Origin: Gammaproteobacteria bacterium
GTDB taxonomy: Bacteria > Pseudomonadota > Gammaproteobacteria > JAJPIJ01
DNA: 64,000 nucleotides
Direction of reading: 5' to 3'
Assembly: GCA_041395385.1 (NCBI GenBank)
Contig: JAWLAN010000014.1
Span: 54,189 to 118,188, forward strand
Each line of letters begins with the position of its first letter. The stretch's first letter is position 1. The notes beneath the pieces were generated by a model, which was given only the letters and a program-made list of their open reading frames with translations, ran no database searches and was not told where the DNA came from. Position numbers and translations under genes: made by a program. Below, piece after piece: positions 18,291 to 28,794 of this stretch.

Positions 18291-20063
18291 ATGGCTGGGC
18301 GCATCCCGGAATCCTTCATCAACGACCTGCTCGCGCGCGTCGACATCGTCGACGTGATCGACGAGCGCGTGCCGCTGAAGAAGGCCGGCAAGAACTACCA
18401 GGCCCGCTGCCCCTTCCACGAGGAGCGCACGCCCTCCTTCACGGTCGCGCCCGACAAGCAGTTCTATTACTGCTTCGGCTGCGGCGCGAGCGGCACCGCG
18501 ATCGGCTTCCTGATGGAGTTCGATCGCCTCGATTTCGTGGAAGCGGTGCACGACCTCGCGGCCAGGGTCGGCATGACGGTGCCGGCCGAATCGGGCGCCG
18601 GCCCGGGCGCAAAGGGCGGCGACGCCGCGCGCCTGTATGCCCTGCTCGAGCAGGCGCAGCAGTATTATTCGCGCGAGCTCAAGGAACATCCGCAGTCGGA
18701 GCGCGCGAAGAATTACCTCAAGGCCCGCGGCCTGGACGGGCAGACGGCCGCCGCCTTCAGGCTCGGCTACGCCCCGCCCGGGTGGGACAGTCTGCTCAAG
18801 GCCCTGGGCACCACGCCGGAGGCGGTGCGCGACCTCGAAGCCGCCGGCATGCTCGTGCCCAAGGAGGGCGCCGGCGCGACCACCGGGCAAAGCCGGCACT
18901 ACGATCGCTTTCGCGACCGCATCATGTTCCCGATCCACGATCACCGCGGCCGCGTCATCGGCTTCGGTGGCCGCATCCTGGACCAGGGCGAACCGAAGTA
19001 TCTCAACTCGCCCGAGACGCCCATCTTCCACAAGGGCCGCGAGCTCTACGGGCTCTATCACGCCCGCAAGGCCAACCGGCAGCTCGCGCGGCTGTTCGTG
19101 GTGGAGGGCTACATGGACGTCATCGCCCTGCACCAGCACGGGGTGACCAACGCCGTGGCCACGCTCGGCACCGCGACCACCCGCGATCACCTCGAGCGGC
19201 TGTTCCGCGTCACGCCCGAGGTGGTGTTCTGCTTCGACGGCGACGAGGCCGGCCGCAAGGCGGCGTGGCGGGCGCTCGAGACCTCCCTGCCCCTGCTCGG
19301 CGAGGGGCACTACGTGAGCTTCCTGTTTCTGCCCACGGGCGAGGACCCCGATACGCTGGTGCGCAAGGACGGCGCCGGCGTCTTCCAGGACCCCGCGCGG
19401 TTCTCGCCGCTCTCGGACTTCCTGTTCGACACGCTCTCCGCGCAGGTCACCCTCACCACCCTCGACGGGCGCGCCCGGTTGGTCGACCTCGCCAAGCCTC
19501 TGCTCTCGCTGGTGCCGAGCGGCGCGCTCAAGCAGATGCTGGCGCAGCGGCTCGCGCGGCTGTCCGATCTCGACCTGCGCACGCTGGCGCCGATGGTGGG
19601 CGGAGTGCGCGCGCCGCCGCCGGCCGGCGACGCGCGCCAGGGCACGATCGCCGCCCCCCGCGAGGGCCGGTCATTGGTCCGCCACGCCGTCACCCTGCTG
19701 CTGCACCGGCCGGCACTGGCGCTCAAGGTGGAGCGGGCCGAGCAGCTCATCCGCTCCGGGCAGAGCGGCGCCGAGCTGCTCGCTGAACTCATCGCGTTCG
19801 TACAGTCAAATCCCAATGCCGGCAGCGGAGCATTGGTCGAGCACTGGCGGGATCGCCCCGAGGGGCGGCACCTGCAGAAGCTGCTGGCGCAGGAACTGGC
19901 CACCCCGGCCGACGGCGTCGAGGCCGAGTTCCTGGCTGCGATAGAACGGCTGCGGGCCCTGGCGCACAAGACCCTGCGCGCCGAGCTTGCCCGCAAGCCG
20001 TTGAAAGACATGACGGAAGAGGAAAAGTCCCTGCTGCGCCAGTTGTCCGCGTCGGAAAAGTGA
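18291..20063 (+). CDS. dnaG: DNA primase
   Basis: Zinc finger 'CPFHEERTPSFTV...YYCFGCG' and the TOPRIM motifs 'VVEGYMDVIAL' and 'FDGDEAGRKAA'. Confidence 0.95.
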   Translation: MAGRIPESFINDLLARVDIVDVIDERVPLKKAGKNYQARCPFHEERTPSFTVAPDKQFYYCFGCGASGTAIGFLMEFDRLDFVEAVHDLAARVGMTVPAESGAGPGAKGGDAARLYALLEQAQQYYSRELKEHPQSERAKNYLKARGLDGQTAAAFRLGYAPPGWDSLLKALGTTPEAVRDLEAAGMLVPKEGAGATTGQSRHYDRFRDRIMFPIHDHRGRVIGFGGRILDQGEPKYLNSPETPIFHKGRELYGLYHARKANRQLARLFVVEGYMDVIALHQHGVTNAVATLGTATTRDHLERLFRVTPEVVFCFDGDEAGRKAAWRALETSLPLLGEGHYVSFLFLPTGEDPDTLVRKDGAGVFQDPARFSPLSDFLFDTLSAQVTLTTLDGRARLVDLAKPLLSLVPSGALKQMLAQRLARLSDLDLRTLAPMVGGVRAPPPAGDARQGTIAAPREGRSLVRHAVTLLLHRPALALKVERAEQLIRSGQSGAELLAELIAFVQSNPNAGSGALVEHWRDRPEGRHLQKLLAQELATPADGVEAEFLAAIERLRALAHKTLRAELARKPLKDMTEEEKSLLRQLSASEK

Positions 20064-20237
20064 CGGACCCGATCGGCGGCTGACAGCCCCTGCCCTGCTC
20101 CTGTAGAATTCGCGGTCCTTTTTTGGTGCCCCCGACCCTGGCGCCCGGCGGTTCCTGGTCTAGACTTAGGTCTCAACAGGAACCCCAAATCGATTTTCAG
20201 ACAGATACTTAAGATTAAGACCCGCCAGAGACCCTTG

Positions 20238-22100
<1,863 letters not shown>

Positions 22101-22120
22101 GGAAAAAGAAAAAAAAAGAA

Positions 22121-22202
22121 AAGGGGTCGGCGTGATTTATCTTCCGTATTGCATTACGGGGCAGGCGTCCGCGTAGCCGAAGATAGATCACGCCGACCCC
22201 TT
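22121..22202 (+). terminator. rpoD terminator: 24-bp stem hairpin flanked by an A-tract and a T-tract
   Basis: 'aaggggtcggcgtgatttatcttc' (22121-22144) pairs with 'gaagatagatcacgccgacccctt' (22179-22202) with one G-U pair. It is preceded by 'gggaaaaagaaaaaaaaagaaa' and followed by 'tttt'. The loop holds a small 'ccgta...tacgg' hairpin. Confidence 0.6.
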
Positions 22203-22307
22203 TTCCCGCTTTTCCCGCGACTGACGCCGCAATGCCGCGGCACCCTCGCTTGCCCTTCCCTCTCCCCCCGGGGAGAGGCCCGGGTTGAGGGGGGGCAATA
22301 TCGCACT

Positions 22308-22383
22308 GGGCCTGTAGCACAACGGTTAGTGCAGGGGACTCATAATCCCTTGGTTGCAGGTTCGAATCCTGCCGGGCCCACCA
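22308..22383 (+). tRNA. tRNA with CAT anticodon (elongator Met or lysidine-modified Ile2)
   Basis: Manually folded cloverleaf: acceptor GGGCCTG/CGGGCCC, D arm GCAC..GTGC, anticodon stem GGGGA/TCCCT with loop CTCATAA, T arm GCAGG-TTCGAAT-CCTGC, discriminator A and an encoded CCA. Confidence 0.9.
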
Positions 22384-22530
22384 TACCAAATGCTTGATCC
22401 GCGGAACGGGCGCGCGGGCTGCCGCGGACCCCTGCGCCCAGGGCGATCGCGCCTTCATGCTTCCGTAGCCATGCAGCAACGCTCGTCCCCCGAAGGCGGC
22501 ACGGGACGCGGCGAGCGGGACGTGCGCCAA

Positions 22531-22544
22531 TTGAGTCCGGTCAA
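22531..22544. promoter_or_regulatory. degenerate FNR/CRP-type box (TTGAG-N4-GTCAA) upstream of the napF-like gene
   Basis: 'ttgagtccggtcaa' matches 8 of 10 positions of TTGAT-N4-ATCAA and lies about 114 nt upstream of the ATG at 22658. Confidence 0.3.
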
Positions 22545-22657
22545 GATGAGTTGACCCCGCAGGCGCTTATGATGTGCGGGACTCTTCCGCGGGCATTGCG
22601 AGCGGTCGCGCCTGCGGCCTTCGTGCTGGACCTGTGTTGCGTAACCGGACTCGAGCA

Positions 22658-23164
22658 ATGGCCACCGACTTTGGCGCAGGGCGTCGCTTCCTCAAGGGTC
22701 GCAGGCCCGAGCAGCGGCTGCCCGTGCGTCCGCCGTGGGCGGTGGCCGAGGAGTTGTTCACGGACATCTGCAACCGCTGCATGGCGTGCGCGGAGATCTG
22801 TCCGCAGGGGATCCTCATCCAGGGCGCAGGCGGCTATCCGGAAGCCGATTTCTCGGAACGCGGCTGCACCTTCTGCGGCGAATGCGTCACCGCCTGCAAG
22901 CCTGCAGCCCTCGTCCGCCCGGCGACGGAAACGGCGCAACGGCCGTGGTCACACCGGGCGTCCATCCAGGGTAGCTGTATCACCAACGCCGGCTCGGTGT
23001 GCCGCACCTGCGTGGATGCCTGCAGTCACAATGCGATCCGGGTCGTGCCCTCGGAGGACGGCGGCGCCTCGCCCGAGGTCTCCGCTGTGGACTGCATGGG
23101 CTGCGGATCCTGCGGCGCCGCCTGCCCCGTGAAGGCCATCACCCTGGTGCCCGCGCCGATCTGA
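22658..23164 (+). CDS. ferredoxin-type protein, NapF-like (multiple 4Fe-4S motifs)
   Basis: Starts at 'MATDFGAGRRFLKG' (twin-Arg-like). Cys clusters are 'CNRCMACAEICP', 'CTFCGECVTAC', 'CRTCVDAC' and 'CMGCGSCGAACP'. Confidence 0.7.
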   Translation: MATDFGAGRRFLKGRRPEQRLPVRPPWAVAEELFTDICNRCMACAEICPQGILIQGAGGYPEADFSERGCTFCGECVTACKPAALVRPATETAQRPWSHRASIQGSCITNAGSVCRTCVDACSHNAIRVVPSEDGGASPEVSAVDCMGCGSCGAACPVKAITLVPAPI

Positions 23165-23619
23165 GGCACGAGATACGACGCCGCGCCGGCCCCGGGGCGC
23201 GCGACGGTCGGCAAACCTCTGCGCGCTACACGGCGACGGGTTTGGCGCCAGTGCCGCGATTGGCTGCACCCACGCTCGAGTGTCTGCCTTGCGCGCATGC
23301 ACCGACGCGGCGCCGATGGCTTTTCAGGATCGAGTACGGGGTGTGCCGGCATGGCCTGAGTGCCAGTGCCGATGACCGGCTTTGGGCCGCAAGCGGGCAC
23401 TCGCCCGAGCCCAGTACCGGACGCCGCAATCCTTCGCGGCGGAGATCCGACTGCGGCATGCCCAATCCGTCGATATGCTAATGTCATAGTTCCGCTGCTG
23501 GATCGAGAGGCTGCGGGAGAATCGGGCGGAAAGGACGACCCAGGTGATGGCAGGAATTCATCGCGCATCGGCGGTTCCACCGCCTTTCACATCGCCACGC
23601 ACATGCCAAGGGAGATCCC

Positions 23620-24192
23620 ATGCGCCAGCTGGCCGTTGTCGCAATCAGTCTCGCTGTCGCCGGGTGCGCGCCCCAACCATATAGGGATACGCCCCAGGCC
23701 AGGTTCACTGGAGTCCTCGAGGTCCGGTGGGTGAGGAACGACTACTTTCTCTTCCTCCCAAACAAGGACGCACCCTTCACGCTAGTTCGAGCGAACGGCG
23801 CCAAACTGCAGCCGGGCCCCATGTACACGGACGGCGGATCCATTCCCCGCTTCCTCTGGGGAGTCGAAGGCTACTCCCCGTGGGGGTACGCCCCTGCCTA
23901 CATAGTCCACGACTGGTTATTCGAGGCGCACCACTGCGGGTACGAGCCGGACGACAAGCACACCTTCGAGGAGTCGGTAGAAGTGATGGCCGAAGGCCTG
24001 AAGGCCGTGATGGAGGCCGCGCCCGAAGTCCGCAATTACTTTGTGTTCGACACCGTCGTCAGCTCGGTGGCGTCACCGATCGCGCGGCGCCTTTGGGACC
24101 AGGGTTCCTGCAAGGCTCCACCCTTCGAGCTCACAGCAGTCCCCGAAACGGCTGCTCCGGGAGAACTGCTGATGACCATTCGCTACGAGTGA
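23620..24192 (+). CDS. DUF1353 domain lipoprotein
   Basis: Lipobox 'LAVAGC', plus 'YTDGGSIPRFLW' and 'IVHDWLF', which I recall as characteristic of DUF1353. Confidence 0.65.
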   Translation: MRQLAVVAISLAVAGCAPQPYRDTPQARFTGVLEVRWVRNDYFLFLPNKDAPFTLVRANGAKLQPGPMYTDGGSIPRFLWGVEGYSPWGYAPAYIVHDWLFEAHHCGYEPDDKHTFEESVEVMAEGLKAVMEAAPEVRNYFVFDTVVSSVASPIARRLWDQGSCKAPPFELTAVPETAAPGELLMTIRYE

Positions 24193-24787
24193 GGCGGCCC
24201 CACCTGCCGGCCAGCCGGACACGCAGTGCCGCCTGCCCGTTCGCGGTGAACGTCCGCTATCGGCCTAAGACCGGCCGCTCGCGCAATTTCAAGAGCAGCC
24301 GGGCGCTCCCTGGAGACGACGACGGCCGGAAGGCGCTGGGCCGTCTTGAGCGCCTCGATGAGCCCTGCGCAGGCGTCGCCGCACTCCTTGCACACTTCAT
24401 GTTTGTCCTCGTGCTCGCGGCATTCCTTCTCGCTGTCTTCGCAGATCGCGATGCATACGTCGCCGAGCACCTTCGCGTGACTCGAGCCCGAGGTGGCAAG
24501 CTGAGCCATGGCGTTACAGAAGGGGATCATTTCTGCCACCGGCCTCGCGCAGTCCGCCAGTCCCGTAGCGCCTGCCTGAAACTTTCCATGCAATGGCTGA
24601 TGCACGCGCGACCACTGCTCACGCATCCCTCGGCTACGTCCACGATGGGCGACCTCGCAGCGCCGTGATGGTGTTGGTGACCACCCTCACCGGCTACCGC
24701 ACCGGCAGCCACGGCAAACAATGCGCCACTCGTCGCCATGGTCAGGGAATCGCGTTTGCCCTGGTTTGGCGGTGTGACATCTTGCAT
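24183..24787 (-). pseudogene. four-helix-bundle copper-binding protein (DUF326, Cys-rich), interrupted by a 1-nt frameshift
   Basis: The N-terminal part is in ORF 24527..24787: a Tat-like leader, 'HQHHHG' and 'CVSSGRACISHCMESF'. The continuation is in ORF 24183..24626: 'QAGATGLADCARPVAEMIPFCNAMAQLA...VCIAICEDSEKECREHEDKHEVCKECGDAC'. The frames switch inside 'atggaaagtttcaggc' (about 24575-24590). Confidence 0.6.
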
Positions 24788-24999
24788 GGCTGGCCTCGCT
24801 CGGAATTGCCAGGGTTATTCGATTGCAGGGGTGATCTCGTGCGCGTCCGACCGGCTCTTGCGAAAAACGGACAAATCACGACCCCCTGCGCTCACATAAG
24901 TACAGGTCGTCACTGGGCGTTCTTACTCAGCGCTGAGCGGCTCCCGCCTGACGACCCGCCGGGTGCGTACGCAGATTGCAGGAAGTCGAACCGTTGATT

Positions 25000-25260
25000 A
25001 TGTCGTCGCGACCGATCGACGCTGCGGGAGTCCGTTACCTCATCAAGAGCACGCTGCAGATGCGCATGGTCATGAGCGAGTGGTAACGGGATAGGATCAG
25101 CCCGCGGACGAAGGCGGCGCTTGCGGCGGTAAAGGCCCGTGAGCTGAAGCTCGGAGAGACCGGATCGGCGAAACTGCGACGGCATCTCGACCAGCGGACA
25201 GCGGAGGCTGTCTCAGGCGCAGCGGGGGATCAGACAGCCGGTGCGACGCGTTGCCTCAGC
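25000..25260 (+). pseudogene. serine recombinase/resolvase relic (truncated, with an in-frame TAA)
   Basis: My translation is '..IDAAGVRYLIKSTLQMRMVMSEW*RDRISPRTKAALAAVKARELKLGETGSAKLRR..'. It resembles the resolvase 'AEFERDLISERTKAALAAAKARGVKLG' region. The TAA is at 25084-25086. There is no catalytic N-terminus and no HTH. The boundaries are approximate. Confidence 0.4.
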
Positions 25261-25295
25261 CAGGAGTGCGGTGCAACTCAAGCGGCCTCGCCCGG

Positions 25296-26312
25296 TCATT
25301 TGTGGACGGCCGATACCCCAGGGTTGGCACCAATTTCACACCGGACCACCGGCGGTCGGCTTCGCGCGATCTCCACAGTGATGTGTGCCAGCTCGTCGTG
25401 CACGGCCAGCGCCTGCCGCACTTCGTCTGCGCGCAGCACCACCTGGGAGTCAAGGCTCAGTATGCATGCGTATTTCGCCTTTCCAACCCGCCAGACGTGC
25501 AGGTCACGCACGATCGCCGCAGGATCCATTTCCCGCACAGCCTGATGTACCTCGTCGACAACCGGCGCATCCATCTCCGCATCGAGCAACACCCGCCCCG
25601 CGTCGTGCAGTAGGCCCCACGCCCAACGACCCACCAGGAGTGCGCCGGCGATCCCCATGGCGGGATCGAGCCAGTGTGCCCCGAAATACTTGCCCCCGAT
25701 CAGAGCGCTGACTGCAAGCACCGATGTCGCGGCATCGGCCACAACGTGCAGGTATGCAGCCCTCAGGTTCAGGTCACGATGATGGGCATGCCCGTGCTTT
25801 TGCCGGTGGCCGTGACCATGATCATGGGCATGCCCGTGATCCCGATGGTGGGTGTGGCCTGACTCGCCCGTGGACAGCAACCATGCCGAGATCACGTTGA
25901 CCGCCAGACCGAGCACGGCGACCGGTATCGCCTCGTCAAAACGGATCGGTGCCGGCGCAATTAGTCTGCTCACGGACTCGAATGCCATGTACGCGGCGAC
26001 CGCCATTAGCAGTACCGCACTCGTATACCCGCCCAGTATCTCGATCTTCCACGTGCCGAACGTGAATCGCGGGTTATTTGCCAGCCGGCGTGCGAGGACG
26101 TACGCACCCGCGGACACCCCAAGCGCCAGGGCATGTGAGCTCATGTGCCACCCGTCGGCCAGCAGCGCCATCGAGCCGAACATCGTGCCGGCTACGATTT
26201 CGATGACCATCATGGCTGCCGTCAGCCACATCACCTGACGGGTTCGGCGTTCCGCCATCGGGTTGTCGGAATGAAACACGTGGTCGTGCAGCGGCGTGAT
26301 TTGTGGAGTCAT
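25296..26312 (-). CDS. cation diffusion facilitator (CDF) metal efflux transporter with a His-rich loop (DmeF/CzcD-like)
   Basis: 338 aa. It has 6 TM segments ('HMSSHALAL', 'HVVADAATS') and the loop 'GHTHHRDHGHAHDHGHGHRQKHGHAHHRD'. Confidence 0.85.
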   Translation of the reverse strand: MTPQITPLHDHVFHSDNPMAERRTRQVMWLTAAMMVIEIVAGTMFGSMALLADGWHMSSHALALGVSAGAYVLARRLANNPRFTFGTWKIEILGGYTSAVLLMAVAAYMAFESVSRLIAPAPIRFDEAIPVAVLGLAVNVISAWLLSTGESGHTHHRDHGHAHDHGHGHRQKHGHAHHRDLNLRAAYLHVVADAATSVLAVSALIGGKYFGAHWLDPAMGIAGALLVGRWAWGLLHDAGRVLLDAEMDAPVVDEVHQAVREMDPAAIVRDLHVWRVGKAKYACILSLDSQVVLRADEVRQALAVHDELAHITVEIARSRPPVVRCEIGANPGVSAVHK

Positions 26313-26326
26313 CTGGCGAGACAGGA

Positions 26327-26351
26327 TGATATACTCCCGGGGAGTATATCA
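26327..26351. promoter_or_regulatory. perfect 25-nt palindrome, TACT-N7-AGTA type operator for the RcnR/CsoR-family repressor
   Basis: 'tgatatactccc g gggagtatatca' has 12-nt arms and lies between the divergent CDF start (26312) and repressor start (26363). Its core is TACT-CCCGGGG-AGTA. Confidence 0.6.
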
Positions 26352-26362
26352 GGGAGACTGCG

Positions 26363-26620
26363 ATGTCACATGTGCAACGTGGCCGGGAGGCGCTATTGAA
26401 GCGAACGCGCCGCCTGAAGGGCCAGATAGACGCGGTCGAGAAGGCCCTTCTGGGTGGTCGCGGCTGCGACGAGGTGCTTCAGCAGCTGGCTGCCATTCGC
26501 GGCGCCGCGAACAGCCTCATGGGCCAGGTGCTCGAAGGGCACGTTCGTGAGCACTTCCGCGCGCGGTCAGAGACGGACCTAAGCGTGGTGGTCGCGGTCC
26601 TCCGGCGCTACTTGCGTTGA
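26363..26620 (+). CDS. metal-sensing transcriptional repressor, CsoR/RcnR/FrmR (DUF156) family
   Basis: 85 aa: 'LLKRTRRLKGQIDAVEKALLGGRGCDEVLQQLAAIRGAANSLMGQVLEGHV'. Confidence 0.8.
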   Translation: MSHVQRGREALLKRTRRLKGQIDAVEKALLGGRGCDEVLQQLAAIRGAANSLMGQVLEGHVREHFRARSETDLSVVVAVLRRYLR

Positions 26621-27286
26621 GGGCTGTCCACGCAATCCGTCACGCAGCAGGGCCGACACGCCGGGATGCAGGCGCCCGCACGCGCCAGCGCTCTCGGAAA
26701 GAGGGTCTGGGCAATGAACGGCGAAGTCGGCTTGCGGAGAACGCCGCGGAAGGTATGCAAGGCTGCGCCCGGTCGAGGGAAGACGGCACTACCGCGCTTC
26801 GCGGCGCCATCGTGCGGGCGCTCGCCGCATTTGATGCCGCTTGCGCTTCGCGGAGCAGGCTCGGGTAGCGAACAGGCGGCGGTCACCGGCTGTTCGATTG
26901 ATCCGAATGCGGGGTGACCTGGCCGTTCCACGGTCGCGAGTCCGGTCTTGCCGGACCCCGGACGGTCTGCAGCTGCGGGTGCAGGACGAATGCCCGCGGC
27001 AGCGCGGGGAGGTGGAACTGCGCTCCGGCCTTGCCACCAGGACGCGCGCGCGGAGGTCACGCAATCGTCGCAGGCGGGCGATTGGCGCGCCTGGTCCTGC
27101 TGCGACGGCAGTTCCGCCACGAGCGAGGTGACTTGCACCGCCGCGCCCTGCCGGCCCAAGACGAGCCGGGACGCGAAGGTGGCAGCGGGTACGGGGCGCT
27201 GCAGCTTGCGCGTGTCTTCGCAAACCGGTCCCTTGGCGAAATGCAGCCGCATGCAACTGCCGCGTGCGGCGTCCGCGGTCAGGCGG

Positions 27287-27739
27287 CTACTGCGCCGCAT
27301 TCCACACGTGGCTGCGCGCGAGCCACGTTCCATCCTTGCCCTGTTCCAGCACGCTGGTGGTGATTCCGCCGAAGCCGGGAGTCTTGCCGTCGGCGGCGAG
27401 GCCCTCCGCGCTCCAGCGCGCCACCTGGAAGATCAGCGTGTCGGTGCGGCCCACTTCGATGATCTCCAGTGTGTGGTTGTGTACACCGGCCTCGACGAAG
27501 CCACGGAACAGCGCTTCGATCTCCACGCGTCCGACCAGCGTCTTGCCATTCCCCGGCGACACGATGGCATCTTCCGCGTAGAGCGCGGCCAACTCCTGCG
27601 GGTTGCCGCTGTTCAGGGCCTGGTTCCACGCCGCGTTGGCGGCCTCGGCGATGGCGCGCGCATCCTCGCCGGCATGGGCGGTAAGCGTAGGACCGAGGGC
27701 CAGGGTTGCAGTGAGGGCGGTTGCACATAACTTGTTCAT
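27287..27739 (-). CDS. secreted NTF2-like/SnoaL (DUF4440-like) protein
   Basis: Starts at the internal 'MNKLCATALTATLALGPTLTAHA' signal peptide, followed by 'AAWNQALNSGNPQELAALYAEDAIV'. Confidence 0.65.
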   Translation of the reverse strand: MNKLCATALTATLALGPTLTAHAGEDARAIAEAANAAWNQALNSGNPQELAALYAEDAIVSPGNGKTLVGRVEIEALFRGFVEAGVHNHTLEIIEVGRTDTLIFQVARWSAEGLAADGKTPGFGGITTSVLEQGKDGTWLARSHVWNAAQ

Positions 27740-27795
27740 GATGACTCCTTGAAGTGAGTTGGGAATGGTCTTTATGGGCTGGTGCGAAAAGGTAA

Positions 27796-27807
27796 TTAGG
27801 CAGCTAA
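27796..27807. promoter_or_regulatory. second copy of the putative MarR box (TTAGGCAGCTAA), upstream of the NTF2-like gene
   Basis: 'ttaggcagctaa' lies in the 86-nt gap between the marR stop and the NTF2-like start. It matches the core of the palindrome at 28341-28360. Confidence 0.35.
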
Positions 27808-27825
27808 CCATAGCGGCAAAAAAAA

Positions 27826-28329
27826 TCACTCGAATACCGTGCTGCGCTCCTTGAGAAGCAGCAGGTTCTGCAGTAGCTGTTCGCGCTGCGCTGCGGACAG
27901 GACTTCCATCATGCGCTTCACTCTCGGGTAGTAATCAGGCATCACTTCGTCCAGCTTGGCCTGCCCCGCCGGGGTCAGCCTGATGGTGTACTTCCTTCGG
28001 TCGTTGCGGTCGTCCAGCCGTTTCACCAGACCCTCGCGCGCCAGCCCGTCGAGCAACCGGGTCATGGTGGCACGGCTGACGCCGGATTTCTCCGCCAGCC
28101 GGGACGGGTTCGAGGTCAGATCGTCCTCGCGCATGAGCAGGATCAGCACCCACCAGCGTCCCTGCAGCAGGCCGTGCCTGGCCAGAAAGCCGTCCAGGGC
28201 TTCGGAAAGATCGGTACCGATGCGAAGTATGCTCAGGAAATGGAGTACCGCATCGACATCCACCTCGCCGTAGCGCTCGGCGAACTTGCCGAGTATCAGG
28301 GCGTTCGGGAGATCTCTCAGCTGCAGCAT
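27826..28329 (-). CDS. MarR family transcriptional regulator
   Basis: 167 aa. 'LAEKSGVSRATMTRLLDGLAREGLVKRLDDRNDRRKYTIRLTPAG' is the winged-helix region. Confidence 0.85.
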   Translation of the reverse strand: MLQLRDLPNALILGKFAERYGEVDVDAVLHFLSILRIGTDLSEALDGFLARHGLLQGRWWVLILLMREDDLTSNPSRLAEKSGVSRATMTRLLDGLAREGLVKRLDDRNDRRKYTIRLTPAGQAKLDEVMPDYYPRVKRMMEVLSAAQREQLLQNLLLLKERSTVFE

Positions 28330-28340
28330 GGCCGCTCATT

Positions 28341-28360
28341 ATAGTTAGGTAGCTAACTAT
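28341..28360. promoter_or_regulatory. putative MarR operator palindrome
   Basis: 'atagttag gtag ctaactat' has 8-nt inverted arms and begins 12 nt upstream of the marR start codon. Confidence 0.45.
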
Positions 28361-28794
28361 GTCAACAGGCCGAGCGCGACATTCGCGATGGTGCGGCAGG
28401 AAGACAGGCTCAGCCTGCAGGCGCCTGGACCTGAAACGATCTGCTGGCTCTGACCGCATTCGGGAATGCAGACCGCGTCCAGCCAACGACCGTTTTAGAC
28501 GGGCGGAAAGGCGAGGTCGCTGCCTGCAGCACCCCGCGGCGCCATCGCGCCGGCGCCGCCCGCATCCAATGCTGCTTCACCAGCGCTCATCTCCGCCGGG
28601 TACGGGGCGAGCGCCTCGAGCGGCCGACCGAATGATTGCCGATATCGCCGGGTAATCGCCCTGCGACCTCTGGACGCGAGTCCCGCTCGCGCCGCCCCTC
28701 CGTCGTCTCGACGGTTGTGCGGAGGTTCTCCACGAGCCCTTGGTGCCGCCCTTGCTGCCCGTGTCCCCTGGCGCGGGCGAATGCCAGCGCGGCC

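Noticed and set aside
22308-22383. Initiator tRNA-fMet, suggested by three G:C pairs in the anticodon stem
   Set aside because: Positions 1:72 form a normal G:C pair instead of the C1xA72 mismatch typical of bacterial initiators.
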